Part shown: one piece after another, positions 24,193-36,251 of the stretch
Layout of the letters: each line of letters begins with the position of its first letter
How positions within the stretch are numbered: the stretch's first letter is position 1
NCBI GenBank assembly: GCA_964106645.2
Contig: OZ067048.1
From: Podarcis pityusensis
Lineage: Eukaryota
Reading direction: 5' to 3' (one strand)
Length of the DNA stretch: 64,000 nt
Notes under the pieces: generated by a model
Told to the model about the DNA's origin: nothing
What the model saw: the letters and a program-made list of their open reading frames with translations, nothing else
The model's database searches: none
Made by a program: the position numbers and the translations under genes

Positions 24193-25740
24193 TCTGTTAT
24201 GGTACATCAGGCTATTTGTACCATTTCCTTTATTAATGATGCTTCTGCTATGAATGTTGTTACGCAGCCAGAACGGCACTGCGCGTGCACAAGATGGAGG
24301 AATCAGCAGGCTCAGCGGAATCCCCCAGTTTGCAGAAGTAAAGAAATAAAACATTTTGGGAACTCCCCAAATCAGCACGAAGAAGACAGAATGCTGATAA
24401 ATTCCTCTTGCATCATCAAAAGAGGGAACAGATGTGCGTAAAATTTATATGCATACATAGAAACTAACAAATAATTGCTATAATTTAAATAGAAATACAG
24501 TGTAACTCACCTCTCCCTACTTATGATTCTGTAACTTTAACCTGCATTCAGAACAGAGAGTCATTCAAAAGACTCCTTCAAACAGAGGACTCCCCTCCAT
24601 AAAATCAGACACAGGCCCTCCCTATCAAGGAGTTATTTTTCAGTAGAGAGAGTCAGCCTTGGTAAGGAAGATCCTCATCTCCTTGATCAGTCACACTCCT
24701 TGGCATCTTCAACTCAACTCTTAGCTAAGGCGTCAATTGTGATGGTAGCACAGAGTTTGGTTTATTAATGAGGACATCTGTCTCCCACCCATGGCACTAC
24801 AGTTAACATAAGGCCTCTGAAGATCAAGCCCTGAAAGGAAGATCTCATCAGACAAACTGGGACATATTCAGAAGGCAAAAAAGTTATATTAAGCTCCTGT
24901 TTGGGGGCATTGTGCCACAACGCGAACATCAATCAGTTCGACTCAGCCAACCCTCCCCGTTCCCTTAAAAAAATCACTGCACAGTCCAGACTGCCACTGT
25001 CGCACATCTCTCAGCTGTACTCATTTAATTGAAGGCTTTCAGGGTGGCTTCAAATAGTAATTTTAGTTGTCAGGCAGCTAAGTGGTTTAATTAGTCATTT
25101 AATGTAATAAATTCTTGCCTCCTCTTTCAGTTGCCATAAGGCTGGAAACAAGAAAAAGGTATCACAAACCTGTAACCTGCACTCCACACCCCTTCAATTA
25201 AAACAACCACATCTCCACAGCAGACACTGATCTACTCTGCAAACCCCAAATCAGTTTTTGATTTAAAATGCCCCCACCCACATCAAGCTATGGAAAAGGC
25301 GGTTCCGAGACTTCACCGAGAATTGAAGAATCCTAACCCCTCAGGTAATTCCAATTCCCATGTCTCTACATCTTCTCAGAGAGAGAAATTGTAAAAGCTG
25401 CTGAAAGTTAGCTGTAGTAAAGAGCCAACTAGATGGGGCCTGGGAGACTAATTAAAATGTAATAATTAGCAGCCTTGTGCAGCTGTCAGAAAGATCAGGG
25501 AAGTGGCACTTTGGGCAAGGACGATCAACCCCTTTCTTCCCTTGCCCTCTCCCCAGTCTAAGTGACCCCCAACTCGCTTATAAAAGAAAAGGAGGGGGAA
25601 GATGTGTGCCTTCTTCCACAGTGCTTTCAATTGAGGATCTCATCCAGTCTGCAATTTAGAGAAGGCACAGGAGCATACAGTATTTTTCTTCCCTCTTTCT
25701 TGCCCTCTTTCAATCACATTTCTGCATGCCTTTCAGGATG

Positions 25741-25984
25741 CAGGGCCGGCCCGAGCATTAGGCAGAGTGAGGCGGCTGCCTAAAGTGGCCGTTAAATGCT
25801 GGGAGGATAGAACCATATGAGTGACGTGAGCTGTTCTGTGCCCCCCCCCCTCTAAACTAGCCCCCAGTCCTTAAGTGAAGGACTGGGTCAAAGTAGGAGT
25901 CAACTGCCAGTTAGGTTAGCTTCAGGACATGAATGAGAGGGGATGACCTCTGCCTCAGGCAGCAAAATGAATTGGGCAGGCCCA
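25741..25984. mobile_element. hAT-like non-autonomous element
   Basis: CAGGGCCGGCCC...GGGCAGGCCC degenerate TIRs with tgcctcaggcagcaaaat subterminal motif; related ends near 37961 and 12770-12803. Confidence 0.55.
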
Positions 25985-26469
25985 GATTTGATTTATCATA
26001 CACCACCAGATAACTGTAACTGTGAACCAACTGAATGCCAAAGCCGTACATCCTTTCACTTTTTAAAAAGAACCACTGTAAGCGGATTACTTTGCATAGC
26101 CTCACAGCATTGAGAATTTGGCTCTTTAGATATTTCTGGGCTACAACTCCCATCAGCTCCAACCAGCACAGCCCATGATCAGAGATGATGGGAGCTGTAG
26201 TCCAGCAACATATGGGGGGGGGGTCCCAGGTTTCCCATCCTTGTTAGAGAGTATGCAGCAATAGGGACACAGGATAACAGCACGGTGTTCTGCAAGGCTG
26301 GGGTTTGGTGTTATGTGGCAGAATATAACTACAGCAAGCATGGACAGTATCTTTCCTGGCAGCTGGCTGAGAGGAGGAGAAACCCATGTCTGTCTCCAAA
26401 AACTGTCTTGCGAGTGACAAATCTGCTAACATTTCTCCTTCCCATTGTTTCTTCCAATTTCTCACGGCA

Positions 26470-26724
26470 AAGAGGTTACGCCACATCCCTGAAATCTGCA
26501 ACAGTCCAATAGCTTAAAGGGTTTCATGGCACCTCCAAGACTAGTAACCGTATTGCGCCATGAGCTTTCATTAAATAGTCAGAGTACATTTCATCAGGTA
26601 CACAAGGAAGTGGGTTCTAATCCGTGAAAGCTTCGGCTACAATAAAACTGTTAAGCCTCAAAGGTGCCACAGAACTCCTTGTTGTTCTTGCCACAATAGG
26701 CTAAAACAGCTGCTCCTCTGGAAC
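26470..26724. mobile_element. Penelope-like-element-derived palindromic remnant with hammerhead-ribozyme motifs
   Basis: Inverted arms: catggcacc...gagctttc...tcatcag versus gaagtggg...gaaagctt...aataaa...aaggtgccaca. Confidence 0.7.
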
Positions 26725-26944
26725 CTGCCTGTGGCTGTGAAGTAAGTTCCCATTACCCACCGTGTTTTTACTCTCAACATCCATTTTCTTTTCGCATTTA
26801 GAGAAGAGTAGTGGAGAACAAAAGACACCGGCTTGTTCCATCATGTTATATTGACCGCAATGAACACACAACCTGATCTTTCGCAAGCAACTCCTCCAAG
26901 CTTAAAACTCTAGAGGCATTTTGGCTAGTAGCCACTCTTGGAGG

Positions 26945-27115
26945 CGGTATGCCAGTTTCTGGAGACCACAGAAGGAGAGAGGGCTGTTGTGTTCAGGCCC
27001 TGTTTGTGGGCTTGCCATGGACATCTGGTTGACCACTGTGAGAACAAGATGCTATACTAGATAGGCCTCTGGGTTGATCCAGCAAGGCTCTTCTACTGTT
27101 CTTATCTCCTTATGT
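26945..27115 (+). mobile_element. CR1 3' UTR remnant
   Basis: ctggttgaccactgtgagaacaagatgct...ctagataggcct...tgatccagcaaggctctt. Confidence 0.65.
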
Positions 27116-27271
27116 TTTCAGGTGATGAGTCAAGCTGCTTCTAGGATCAGGTGCATTGCTGTTCTGGGGAAAGTAGAAGCCCTGATCCCTAGATCTCCTG
27201 CCCCTTCTACAGATGTATTTAACACTATTAAAAAAGACTTTGCTCACAGGGCAGCTGGGCAAAGTGAAGTG

Positions 27272-27686
27272 CCGTATTTGTCGCTCCATAAGACACACTT
27301 TTTCCCTCCTAAAAAGTAAGGGGAAATGTCTGTGTGTCTTATGGAGCGAATGTGTAGTCGATTGCTGGCTCCCTTTCCAGCGCTGCCCTCTTGCCCAGGC
27401 CTCCATGGTTGGATGTTCTGGAGGCAGAGGCTGTTTGTTTCTCCAGCGACATGTGACTGGCTGATTAGATTATCTGTCTGGAAACTGTAGGAACGGCTCC
27501 CTTTCCTTTCCTAAAGAAGCTGCACAACTGTGAGCTGATCCTCAAAAAAACGGGGCTTTTCCCCTTTGGAAAAGAAGCTGCACAACTGTGAGCTGATTCC
27601 CCCAAAAACGGGGTTTTCCCCCTTTCCTCCTCTAAAAACTAGGTGTGTTTTATGGTCAGGTGCGTCTTATGGAGCAAAAAATACGG
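27272..27686. mobile_element. Tc1/mariner (pogo/Tigger-like) non-autonomous element
   Basis: TIRs CCGTATTTGTCGCTCCATAAGAC / GTCTTATGGAGCAAAAAATACGG|TA; internal duplication of aaagaagctgcacaactgtgagctgat. Confidence 0.85.
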
Positions 27687-30600
27687 TACATGCAAGACCC
27701 AAACTGACCTCCACCTTAATTTGACCAGAGACACACAAATGTATTGGCCTCAGAAAAAATCTTGCCATGACCCCACAGAGCTAAGGCACCCACCAACTTA
27801 ATTTGACCAGAAGAAAAGTTAATGTACCAGCCCCACTAAATCCTCTTAGTACCCCCATAGCACAAGCCAGAAATTTTGTTTTGTTTTGCTTTCTTCTCTG
27901 AAAGTTGACCTAAATTTGCATTAGATATGCATGTGTTCACATATGCAAATCAAATGCAAAATCTGGGTCTGTGCCTCAAGCCTTTTATGTACCTGCCCAG
28001 GGCCCAGTCCCACAACCCCTTTTGGCAACCAGGGTTTTCAGTGACATGTGGATTACAGCAAATGTGGATTGCAGTGCCAGTTGGTCGGCGGCCGTAGAAC
28101 ATGCAAGCAGCGGTCAAGGTCACCACAGGATGACTAAAAAAAATGCCCGCCACAGGTTGTGAGGTTACCTCAAGCATTGAGGTCATTGTTAAGTGGGCAA
28201 GCTGGAGTGTGTGCTTTGATAATCCTGGCTACAACACAGTTGGCAGCAGTCTGCATAAATCCCCAAACATCTAATTCTGCCCTGAAAAGGCCCCAAGATA
28301 AAAAAAGTGCCGGACCAATAACTAAAAATAGCTACTCCCCACACCACCCCTGCAATTGTTTGCACAGGTTTAAATTTGCATTGGGGTGCAAAGGAGACAT
28401 AGAGAAGGTGCCCTTCTTATTGCTTCTAAATGTTGCCAAAGGACAAAAGCAATGGAAGGGAAAACAACCAACAAACAGAGGAGCATCCTTCTGTTAAGGA
28501 TCACGCTATCTCGTTTCTGCCACACAGGCTGAGCGCTAATTGATGCTTGTCGCTGGCTGTAAATCAACATGCCTGCTTCGCTGGAACCCCTTTTGGATTT
28601 CCAAATTGGAGCCAAAGGATGTTTACTTATAAAGACATTTCGGCAATTAATTCAATCTGTCAATTTCTGTTTCGTAGGGTTTGCAAGGACTCGGCAAAGC
28701 AGGCAACACCTGTTTCCACAGATAATACAGGCACGCTCCAAAAGACAAATCAGCAGCTAATACTTTAGCCTCTGCAATAATTACTTTTAATGAATGAGTC
28801 ATAGTACAGAGAAGCAGACAAACACTGCTCCTGCTTAGCCATGCAGGCTAGGTGCCTTCCAACATCTACAAAGGAGGACGTTAATGTTGCATTTCCAAAA
28901 CAGAAACCCTAATCAGCCTTTGTTAAGGAAAGCTGGGTGTCTCGCAAATCACTCCCAAGATCATAACCATACAATCAGTTCAAAGCATGCTGCTGCCACT
29001 TGCTGCCCTTGCAGGATAGTCCTGGAAGTCCCAATTCAAGGATAATAATCCAGTTCACATGTAACAGATGAAGAAGGTAGCCTTGCTACAACCTTGGGGA
29101 GGACAGCTTCATAGTGTATCAGTGGTTTGTAGCTACAAAAACTAAATTGAATCCCATGTCCAAAAGGAAGATATCACTGGATACTAGATGCTGGAGACAG
29201 ACGATAGGAGAGGGTCTTGATAACATCATAAACTTTCTAGAGGTAACTAGAAACTCTATGAAAATACACAGCTATAGGGTTTTGCAGCAACACCATACTG
29301 CAAAGAAGTGGGTAATCAGCAGTTTGAAAAATCAAGGATATTGCAGGCTAACCAGCCTCATATAAGCAAAATGCTGAAGTTTAGATTATGCATGCAGGGG
29401 TTAATACCATAGAGTAAGCTGTCCTGCCAGGCTTAGCTATGTCCAGTTCTCTTCACCTTGGGAGAAACTAGGTAATCAAGACTTTATTCTTCTCTAGTTT
29501 TATGTGAGCTTTGGTGTGTGTGAGCAGCTCTGAGCTGCTCCTTCCAGCCACGTGACTCTCACAACCCATTCTTGAGTTCCTATACCAATAATTTAAGAAC
29601 TGTCACCACTTTGTGACTAAGCTACGTTTTACTACCTGTGCAACTTTCTGAAGCACATGAATCTGACCTTTGAAGGGTTTGTAAGTAAATCACTTTTTAG
29701 CTTACCAAAAGTGTGGTCCTTTTCCTATGCTTGGCAAAGAGGGAAACTTTTTAAGGGGTCATTTTGGAACTCACTTTGGGGGGAGGCATATTTTGAAAGT
29801 GTGTAAGAGCCTGTATTTCCACCCTTTATTTTACTGCATATTTTGTGATTTTAAATCTCTGCTGGGCTTCTCTCACCAAAGAGTGATTGCCCCAAACCAG
29901 GATTTTGGCGTCTAGGGAATTATTTTTTTTCTCTCTATATATATATTTTGCACCTACAAATATTAGGGAAGATTTACAGCTGCTCCTAATAGCAATGTCT
30001 TCTGTCGGTGAAGTATACTTTCCTCCCAAAATTTTTATTCTTCTCCCTTATTATTCGTGCAAATCTACTCATTTTGCAACAGTGGAAGAATACTAATCGT
30101 TCCACCAAGTATTAAGTGGATTGTGTTTCATTGCAGCCATGATTTTCTGATTTCTATGGTAATTTCTCCTTGTGCAAATATTTATATACCCTGGTCTTTG
30201 GCTATCATGGCCCTAATCAATCGAGGGTTTTCTTAATTAAGTCTGCCAGACCAAAGTGAGAGCGGCTTTTATGGAATGGGCATTTGCTCTTAAGAACAAA
30301 CCATCATCTTATTTCCACTACGGCAACATCAAACAACCCACTGAAACACTTTCTGTCCCTTTAATTTATGTTTGGATTTGATCAGGCTCCTTATCCCATC
30401 ACTAGTCCCACAGCGCAATTCAAGCCTGGGTTTTCTTCCATTTCCTCTTCACTAGTTTTGCAAACAATGTTTCTGTGGGTTGGAAGCCGTTGGAATTTTT
30501 TTTTTTTAACTCCCAAAGCTGTTGCATTCATATGAATTGAGAATGAGTCAGTTGTTGGCTACTTTAATAACATGCTGGCATCAACGAAGCTTCACAGAAG

Positions 30601-30772
30601 AAGACAAAAGCCAGTGAATGAACTACCTTCATTTCTGACTTGCCGAGTCAGCCATGCCTTGATATGGGCTGGAACAAAGCTCCAAACAGAGTAATCCAGT
30701 ATGTTAACACCTCAATGTGCTGGAGGGTACGCATGCCTAAGTTACAGTAGACTATTGGGGCCTTCTATGCTA

Positions 30773-31024
30773 CAGTGGTACCTTGGTTTTCGAACGTGTC
30801 CATTGACGAACATTTCGGAACTCAAACGCCGTAAATCCGGAAGTAAATGCTTCCGTTTTTGAATGCGCCTCGGAAGTCGAACAGTTTCTGCTGAGTGTAT
30901 ATGTTATTTTTCTCAATTTTCTCAATTAAATTTGCATGCCACACTTTGCGCCTCGGTTTTCAAACGTTTCAGAACCCAAACGGTCTTCCAGAATGGATTA
31001 TGTTTGAAAACCGAGGTACCACTA
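30773..31024. mobile_element. Tc1/mariner-superfamily MITE
   Basis: TA|CAGTGGTACCTTGGTTTTC...GAAAACCGAGGTACCACTA|TA. Confidence 0.85.
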
Positions 31025-31129
31025 TACTTTCATTTAACACCTAGCCACACCGGTAGCAAACCTTCCCAGCAAGCGTGGCATTTAGTGCCACTCAGGTGTG
31101 TAGCATAATATATCTATGGTGCCTTAAAC

Positions 31130-31573
31130 ACCTTTGTGGGGTTTACCTCTGGCCAGGAAGCAGCCACGGGTGGGAGGGACAAACTGGCATGTTCCCTCCC
31201 TCTTGATTGATCGTTTGGGAGGTTCAAAAGCTTTCTTTTGCCTGAACATCACAGCGACCGATGCCAACAGACATCGGCGCACTTAGGGATCCACAGAGTG
31301 TTCGCAGTTTGCGTGACAGACCTCAGCAACTCAGCATTTTGGCTAATCTACTTTATTTATATATAAACACACACAGAGCACTGCAACATGGCTTCTCTCT
31401 CTCTAGCATCAGACAGCAAAGAGAATGAACAAAGGACAATAGTCCCACTTCACAGCACATAGTAACACAAACATCCTGTCTCCGTCACTTCCCACTTTGT
31501 GGAGTCAAAGCATACAGCGTCATGTGAAAGACAACAATCCCATGACTGCAATCACAGAGCAGGAATTCTAACA
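31130..31573 (-). mobile_element. Putative solo LTR
   Basis: Minus strand begins TGTTAGAATTCC and contains TATATAA and AATAAA; the other end and a TSD are not resolved. Confidence 0.4.
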
Positions 31574-32356
31574 GTGCAGACCCCTCATCCAAGGCATAAA
31601 CCTGCTTGTCCCCGGCAAGGTGTGTCACAGACTTTTGTGGGACCCTGTCCATAGGCTGGCCACCCATGACTTACCTTATTTTACTGGCTCACTGAGCAGC
31701 TGCACTGCAACAGTTCCAATATGGTTATGTTGCCCTAAGTGACAATGACAGTTCTGCTCAGAAGACCACATTGCCAGTAAGTACATCCACGGGATTAAAT
31801 ATACAGGCACACTGAAATACACAGGCAATATTTTATTTTTATTTTTTTGTGAGCTGGGCTTTGATTGTCACATCTCTTCAAATCAAATGTTTGTCCTAGT
31901 AACAACAGCCCACATTCCCAGGCAGCAGCGGCTGCTTCAGACTGCTGTCTTTTCTAAAACATGGGCTTCATCTGCCTGTGTGTTTCATCAGCTACCTAAA
32001 GTGGTCAGATAGCGGTCACCCATTAGTCAGAGTTCTTAAGTTTAAAAGCCCTGGGTTATGACATCTATAATCTTGACAAAACACGCTGACACACAGCTCC
32101 AGTCCACCCTGCAAGGCCTTGACACCAGCACAATCGAGGTCTCGGCAACAGCAGCACAGAAGGGCCCTTGTGCATTGTTAAAAATTAAAACTAGCTTGCA
32201 TTTTTAAAGTGGCAGGGATGAGGTAGCCTCAAAGTCCTTTCACTGCACTTGCAACTCCTGCCTCATCTGAAGAGACTTCTTATCACACGACTGCTACACC
32301 AAAGATGATGTGTTCGAGGCCAAGATGGGCCTGCAAGGAACAATGGGAGAATCTGT

Positions 32357-32764
32357 CATAGAATCATAGAGTTGGAAGAGACCACAAGGGCCATCGAGTC
32401 CAACCCCCTGCCAAGCAGGAAACACCATCAGAGCACTCCTGACATATGGTTGTCAAGCCTCTGCTTAAAGACCTCCAAAGAAGGAGACTCCACCACACTC
32501 CTTGGCAGCAAATTCCACTGTCGAACAGCTCTTACTGTCAGGAAGTTCTTCCTAATGTTTAGGTGGAATCTTCTTTCTTGTAGTTTGGATCCATTGCTCC
32601 GTGTCCGCTTCTCTGGAGCAGCAGAAAACAACCTTTCTCCCTCCTCTATGTGACATCCTTTTATATATTTGAACATGGCTATCATATCACCCCTTAACCT
32701 CCTCTTCTCCAGGCTAAACATGCCCAGCTCCCTTAGCCGTTCCTCATAAGACATCGTTTCCAGG
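32357..32764 (-). mobile_element. Young CR1 LINE 3' fragment
   Basis: Intact ORF2 C-terminus SYEERLRELGMFSLEKRRLRGDMI...RTRSNGSKL...RKNFLTVRAVRQWN.LPR.VVESPSLEVFKQRLD plus attctatga tail. Confidence 0.95.
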
Positions 32765-33409
32765 TTTTGCTTTGTCAATTTTGCTTCTCAGAGTTTTTAT
32801 TTTTTCCAATGTTAAATTCAGTTCTCCACATTTTTTTTAAAGTCCTCGTGAAGATCCATTTCTCCTGATATACATATTTTTGTATGCAATTTTTCCTCCG
32901 TGTTCTGTTTACAGAATTCTTAGGGCCATTTCCTTGGTCCATGATGGAAGCAGAATACAAAACTAGGTGGGTTTCCTGGTCAGATCCAGCAAGTTCTACC
33001 CCCCCCCCCCGCCCAAACATCCACCAAGAATATCAGATCTGAATGCCTGCCTTCTTCAGTTCTGATCCTTCTTGCTCAGGGGATGTTAGAAGGCAAATCT
33101 GCATGTGCTTTGCAGTAGATCAACAAGGATTTCTGATGGCTAATTGTTCAACAAAAATGACTCCTTTCTCAACCTAAATTATACTGCTGAAATGAAGAAA
33201 GTTTTGGGCAGTGATGAGAAAACTGGCTTTTCAGATGTTGCTGGACTCCATTTCCCATCATCCCTAGCCAGCATGGCCAATTGTCAGGGAAGATGGGAAG
33301 TGTGGTCTGATAACTTCTGGAACTTCACAGGGCCCCCATTCGTGGCTTGGTAACACAGGAGTGGAATTGTGATTGCAGACCACAGTTTGGAAACCCCCTG
33401 CTCTGAAGA

Positions 33410-33815
33410 ACTTAGGCCTCAAATATCTGAAAGACTTCTTTCTTCCCTACAGACCCTCTCAGGTGTTAAGATAGCAGATGGGGCCATCTTGGTAGTTCCA
33501 CCTCCCTCAGAAGCTCAGGATGGCAGCAGCCTAGGAGAGGACATTCTCTCTGGCAGTCCCTAAGCTGTGGAACTCTTTCCACAAAGAGATATGTCAGGCA
33601 CCTTCATTTTACAGTTTCCATCAGCTGCTGAAGGTGCACCTCTTAACCCCGGCCTTTGACAACTGAGATGCATATTTTTAGGACAGAACAGACCATACTC
33701 TCGTGATAGTAATTTATTTTAAACTGTTTTTAATGATATGTTAAAATTTGTTGTAATCTGCTCCAGGACCTGAGGGTAAGGTGAAAGGCAGGTAATAACC
33801 TAAAATAATAATAAT
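33410..33815 (+). mobile_element. Old L2 3' fragment
   Basis: LGPKYLKD-like and PKLWNS-like remnants, (aat)n tail. Confidence 0.6.
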
Positions 33816-34014
33816 TAATAGCTGCCTCCATGGCGCTGCTAGGGCACTCTAAGAAACAAGACAACCAGAGCAGTTTTGAAATTAGTGGTGAAAATCAGTT
33901 CTGTTTTGAAAGGTTCAGCCCACCAACTTGATCCAAAATGAAATCTGATTGTATCCAAACATAGACAAAGACCTGCTGTTTTATCTCAAGAATGAGCAGG
34001 CAAAATTAGGTTTA

Positions 34015-34256
34015 CAGTGGTACCTCGGGTTAATTAATTAATTCGTTCCGGAGGTCCGTTCTTAACCTGAAACTGTTCTTAACCTGAAGCACCACTTTAG
34101 CTAATAGGGCCTCCTGCTGCTGCTGCGCTGCTGGAGCACGATTTCTGTTCTCATCCTGAAGCAAAGTTCTTAACCTGAAGCAATATTTCTGGGTTAGTGG
34201 AGTCTGTAACCTGAAGCGTATGTAACCTGAAGCGTATGTAACCTGAGGTACCACTG
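34015..34256. mobile_element. Tc1/mariner MITE family A
   Basis: TA|CAGTGGTACCTC...GAGGTACCACTG|TA. Confidence 0.9.
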
Positions 34257-35335
34257 TAAATCAATGCAGTTTTGAGAGCCATCATTTGCCATCTTGATTC
34301 AAAATGGAGTCACATTGTCTCCAAACATAGATGAAAACCTCCTCCTTGATCTCAGGAACCATCAGGACTTCCTTGTTTTCATCAGAGAAATGTTGGGAGG
34401 GTGTGTCATGGTTGTGGTTAAAAGGTATCAAAATGCATTGCAAACAGACAAACAACTTTCTAAAGTATATGGAAGATTATTATAGAGCATTTAAAGAAGA
34501 TGAGGCAGGAATTTCTAACCACCATACCTCATGAGCATGAGCAAACGAAGGATATTTTGAACCTAACAGTCATCAGTATGAAGTTATCCTATGTGATTTT
34601 GAAGTAAGGCCTCATGGGGTTTTGTGCCATTTGAGATCAACATTGGCCTCAGCCTGTTTCATCAGATTCAGCTCTCATGAAGTAAGCTCTTGCCATGATA
34701 GCTCACGCCACTCATAAACCACAGCACTTTTTGTCTGTTTGAATTATACAGTTCTCGCTTAAGGGCTGTACAACCAAATCCCAAACACAAGGCAGCAGGG
34801 GAGTGATCTGACTCACAGGTAAGATGGGGAAAGGGGCTGAATTATTCAGGCAGGAGTGTCTGGGAGCTGCACAGAAGAACATGCCAAAGCAAATAGTGTG
34901 CTAATCCCCAAGGATGCATGCTTCCTTTAAGATGAGAGGTTTTGGCAAATTCCTACACGGAAATAGGAATCTGCATATAGGTCTTTCATCATGTGCAAAT
35001 GAGATCTTAAAGGTGCGAGGTAAGCAAAGAGGAAAAATAAAAATTATAAAATCTAAGCAAGGCAAGGCATAACTAAGAAATGTCTTCCCTACGCAGCTTT
35101 TATTCTATGCCACGGCACACCAGTACAAATTACCTTATTTTGTGATTTCAGGTTTGAAGTGCATTAGAATTGATTTGAGAGCACTAAAGCATACTGAAGT
35201 GCATTTTGTGGTTATGTCTGTTGCTGTTTTTAATTTCTTTCGCTGCAAGGAGATGTTTGGTAAAGGAAAGGGCTAAGATTGGAAGGACGGAAAGAGATTT
35301 TCATGAAAACCTTCATCAGCCTCAGCAGACAAATA

Positions 35336-35556
35336 TAGTGGTACCTCGGGTTACATACGCTTCAGGTTACAGACTCCGCTAACCCAGAAATAGTACCTCG
35401 GGTTAAGAACTTTGCTTCAGGATGAAAACAGAAATCATGCTCCGGCAGTGCGGCGGCAGTGGGATGCCCCATTAGCTAAAGTGGTGCTTCAGGTTAAGAA
35501 CAGTTTCAGGTTAAGAACAGACCTCCAGAACAAGTACTTAACCCGAGGTACCACTG
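35336..35556. mobile_element. Tc1/mariner MITE family A (opposite orientation)
   Basis: Same TIRs; reverse complement of the 9003/34015 body. Confidence 0.9.
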
Positions 35557-35898
35557 TAGTCACCTTTTCCCATTGCCCAGAGTAGGTTTTGTTGGCCCTC
35601 AGTGATGCCATCACATTATGTGATCCCCAACTGGCTGGAGAGAAAACCCCCAAACAGAAGGGTGGTGTTACTGAAACAGCAGCAGGAAGATAAGGGTAGG
35701 GGATACAACAGCAGTGAGCCATTTTGAAAAAGACAAAAGTGGGCATTCACAAATGCACAGCATTTTCCCCCAGGAAATATTTTGTCCTCAACCTGAAAGC
35801 ACTGCTTTCAATCCCAAAACTGGGTTGGCAGAGAAGAAATTGAAACTCATTTAATAATAAGAACTGGGGAGATGGGTTTAGCAGTTGCCTCCATTTTA

Positions 35899-36251
35899 GG
35901 TAAAGGTAAAGGGACCCCTGACCATTAGGTCCAGTCGTGACCAACTCTGGGGTTGTGGCGCTCATCTCGTTTTATTGGCCGAGGGAGCCAGCGTACAGCT
36001 TCCGGGTCATGTGGCCAGCATGACTAAGCCACTTCTGACAAACCAGAGCAGCACATGGAAACGCTGTTTACCTTCCCGCCGGAACAGTACCTATTTATCT
36101 ACTTGCACTTTGACGTACTTTTGAACTGCTAGGTTGGCAGGAGCAGGGACCGAGCAATGGGAGCTCACCCCGTCGTGGGGATTCGAACCGCCGACCTTCT
36201 GATTGGCAAGTCCTAGGCTCTGTGGTTTAACCCACAGCGCCACCTGTGTCC
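35899..36251 (-). mobile_element. Sauria SINE
   Basis: Full body; TSD TCCATTTTA. Confidence 0.92.

Noticed and set aside
24511-24600. Strong minus-strand donor GAG|gtgagt
   Set aside because: Nearby upstream ATG frames terminate before it and there are no promoter features.
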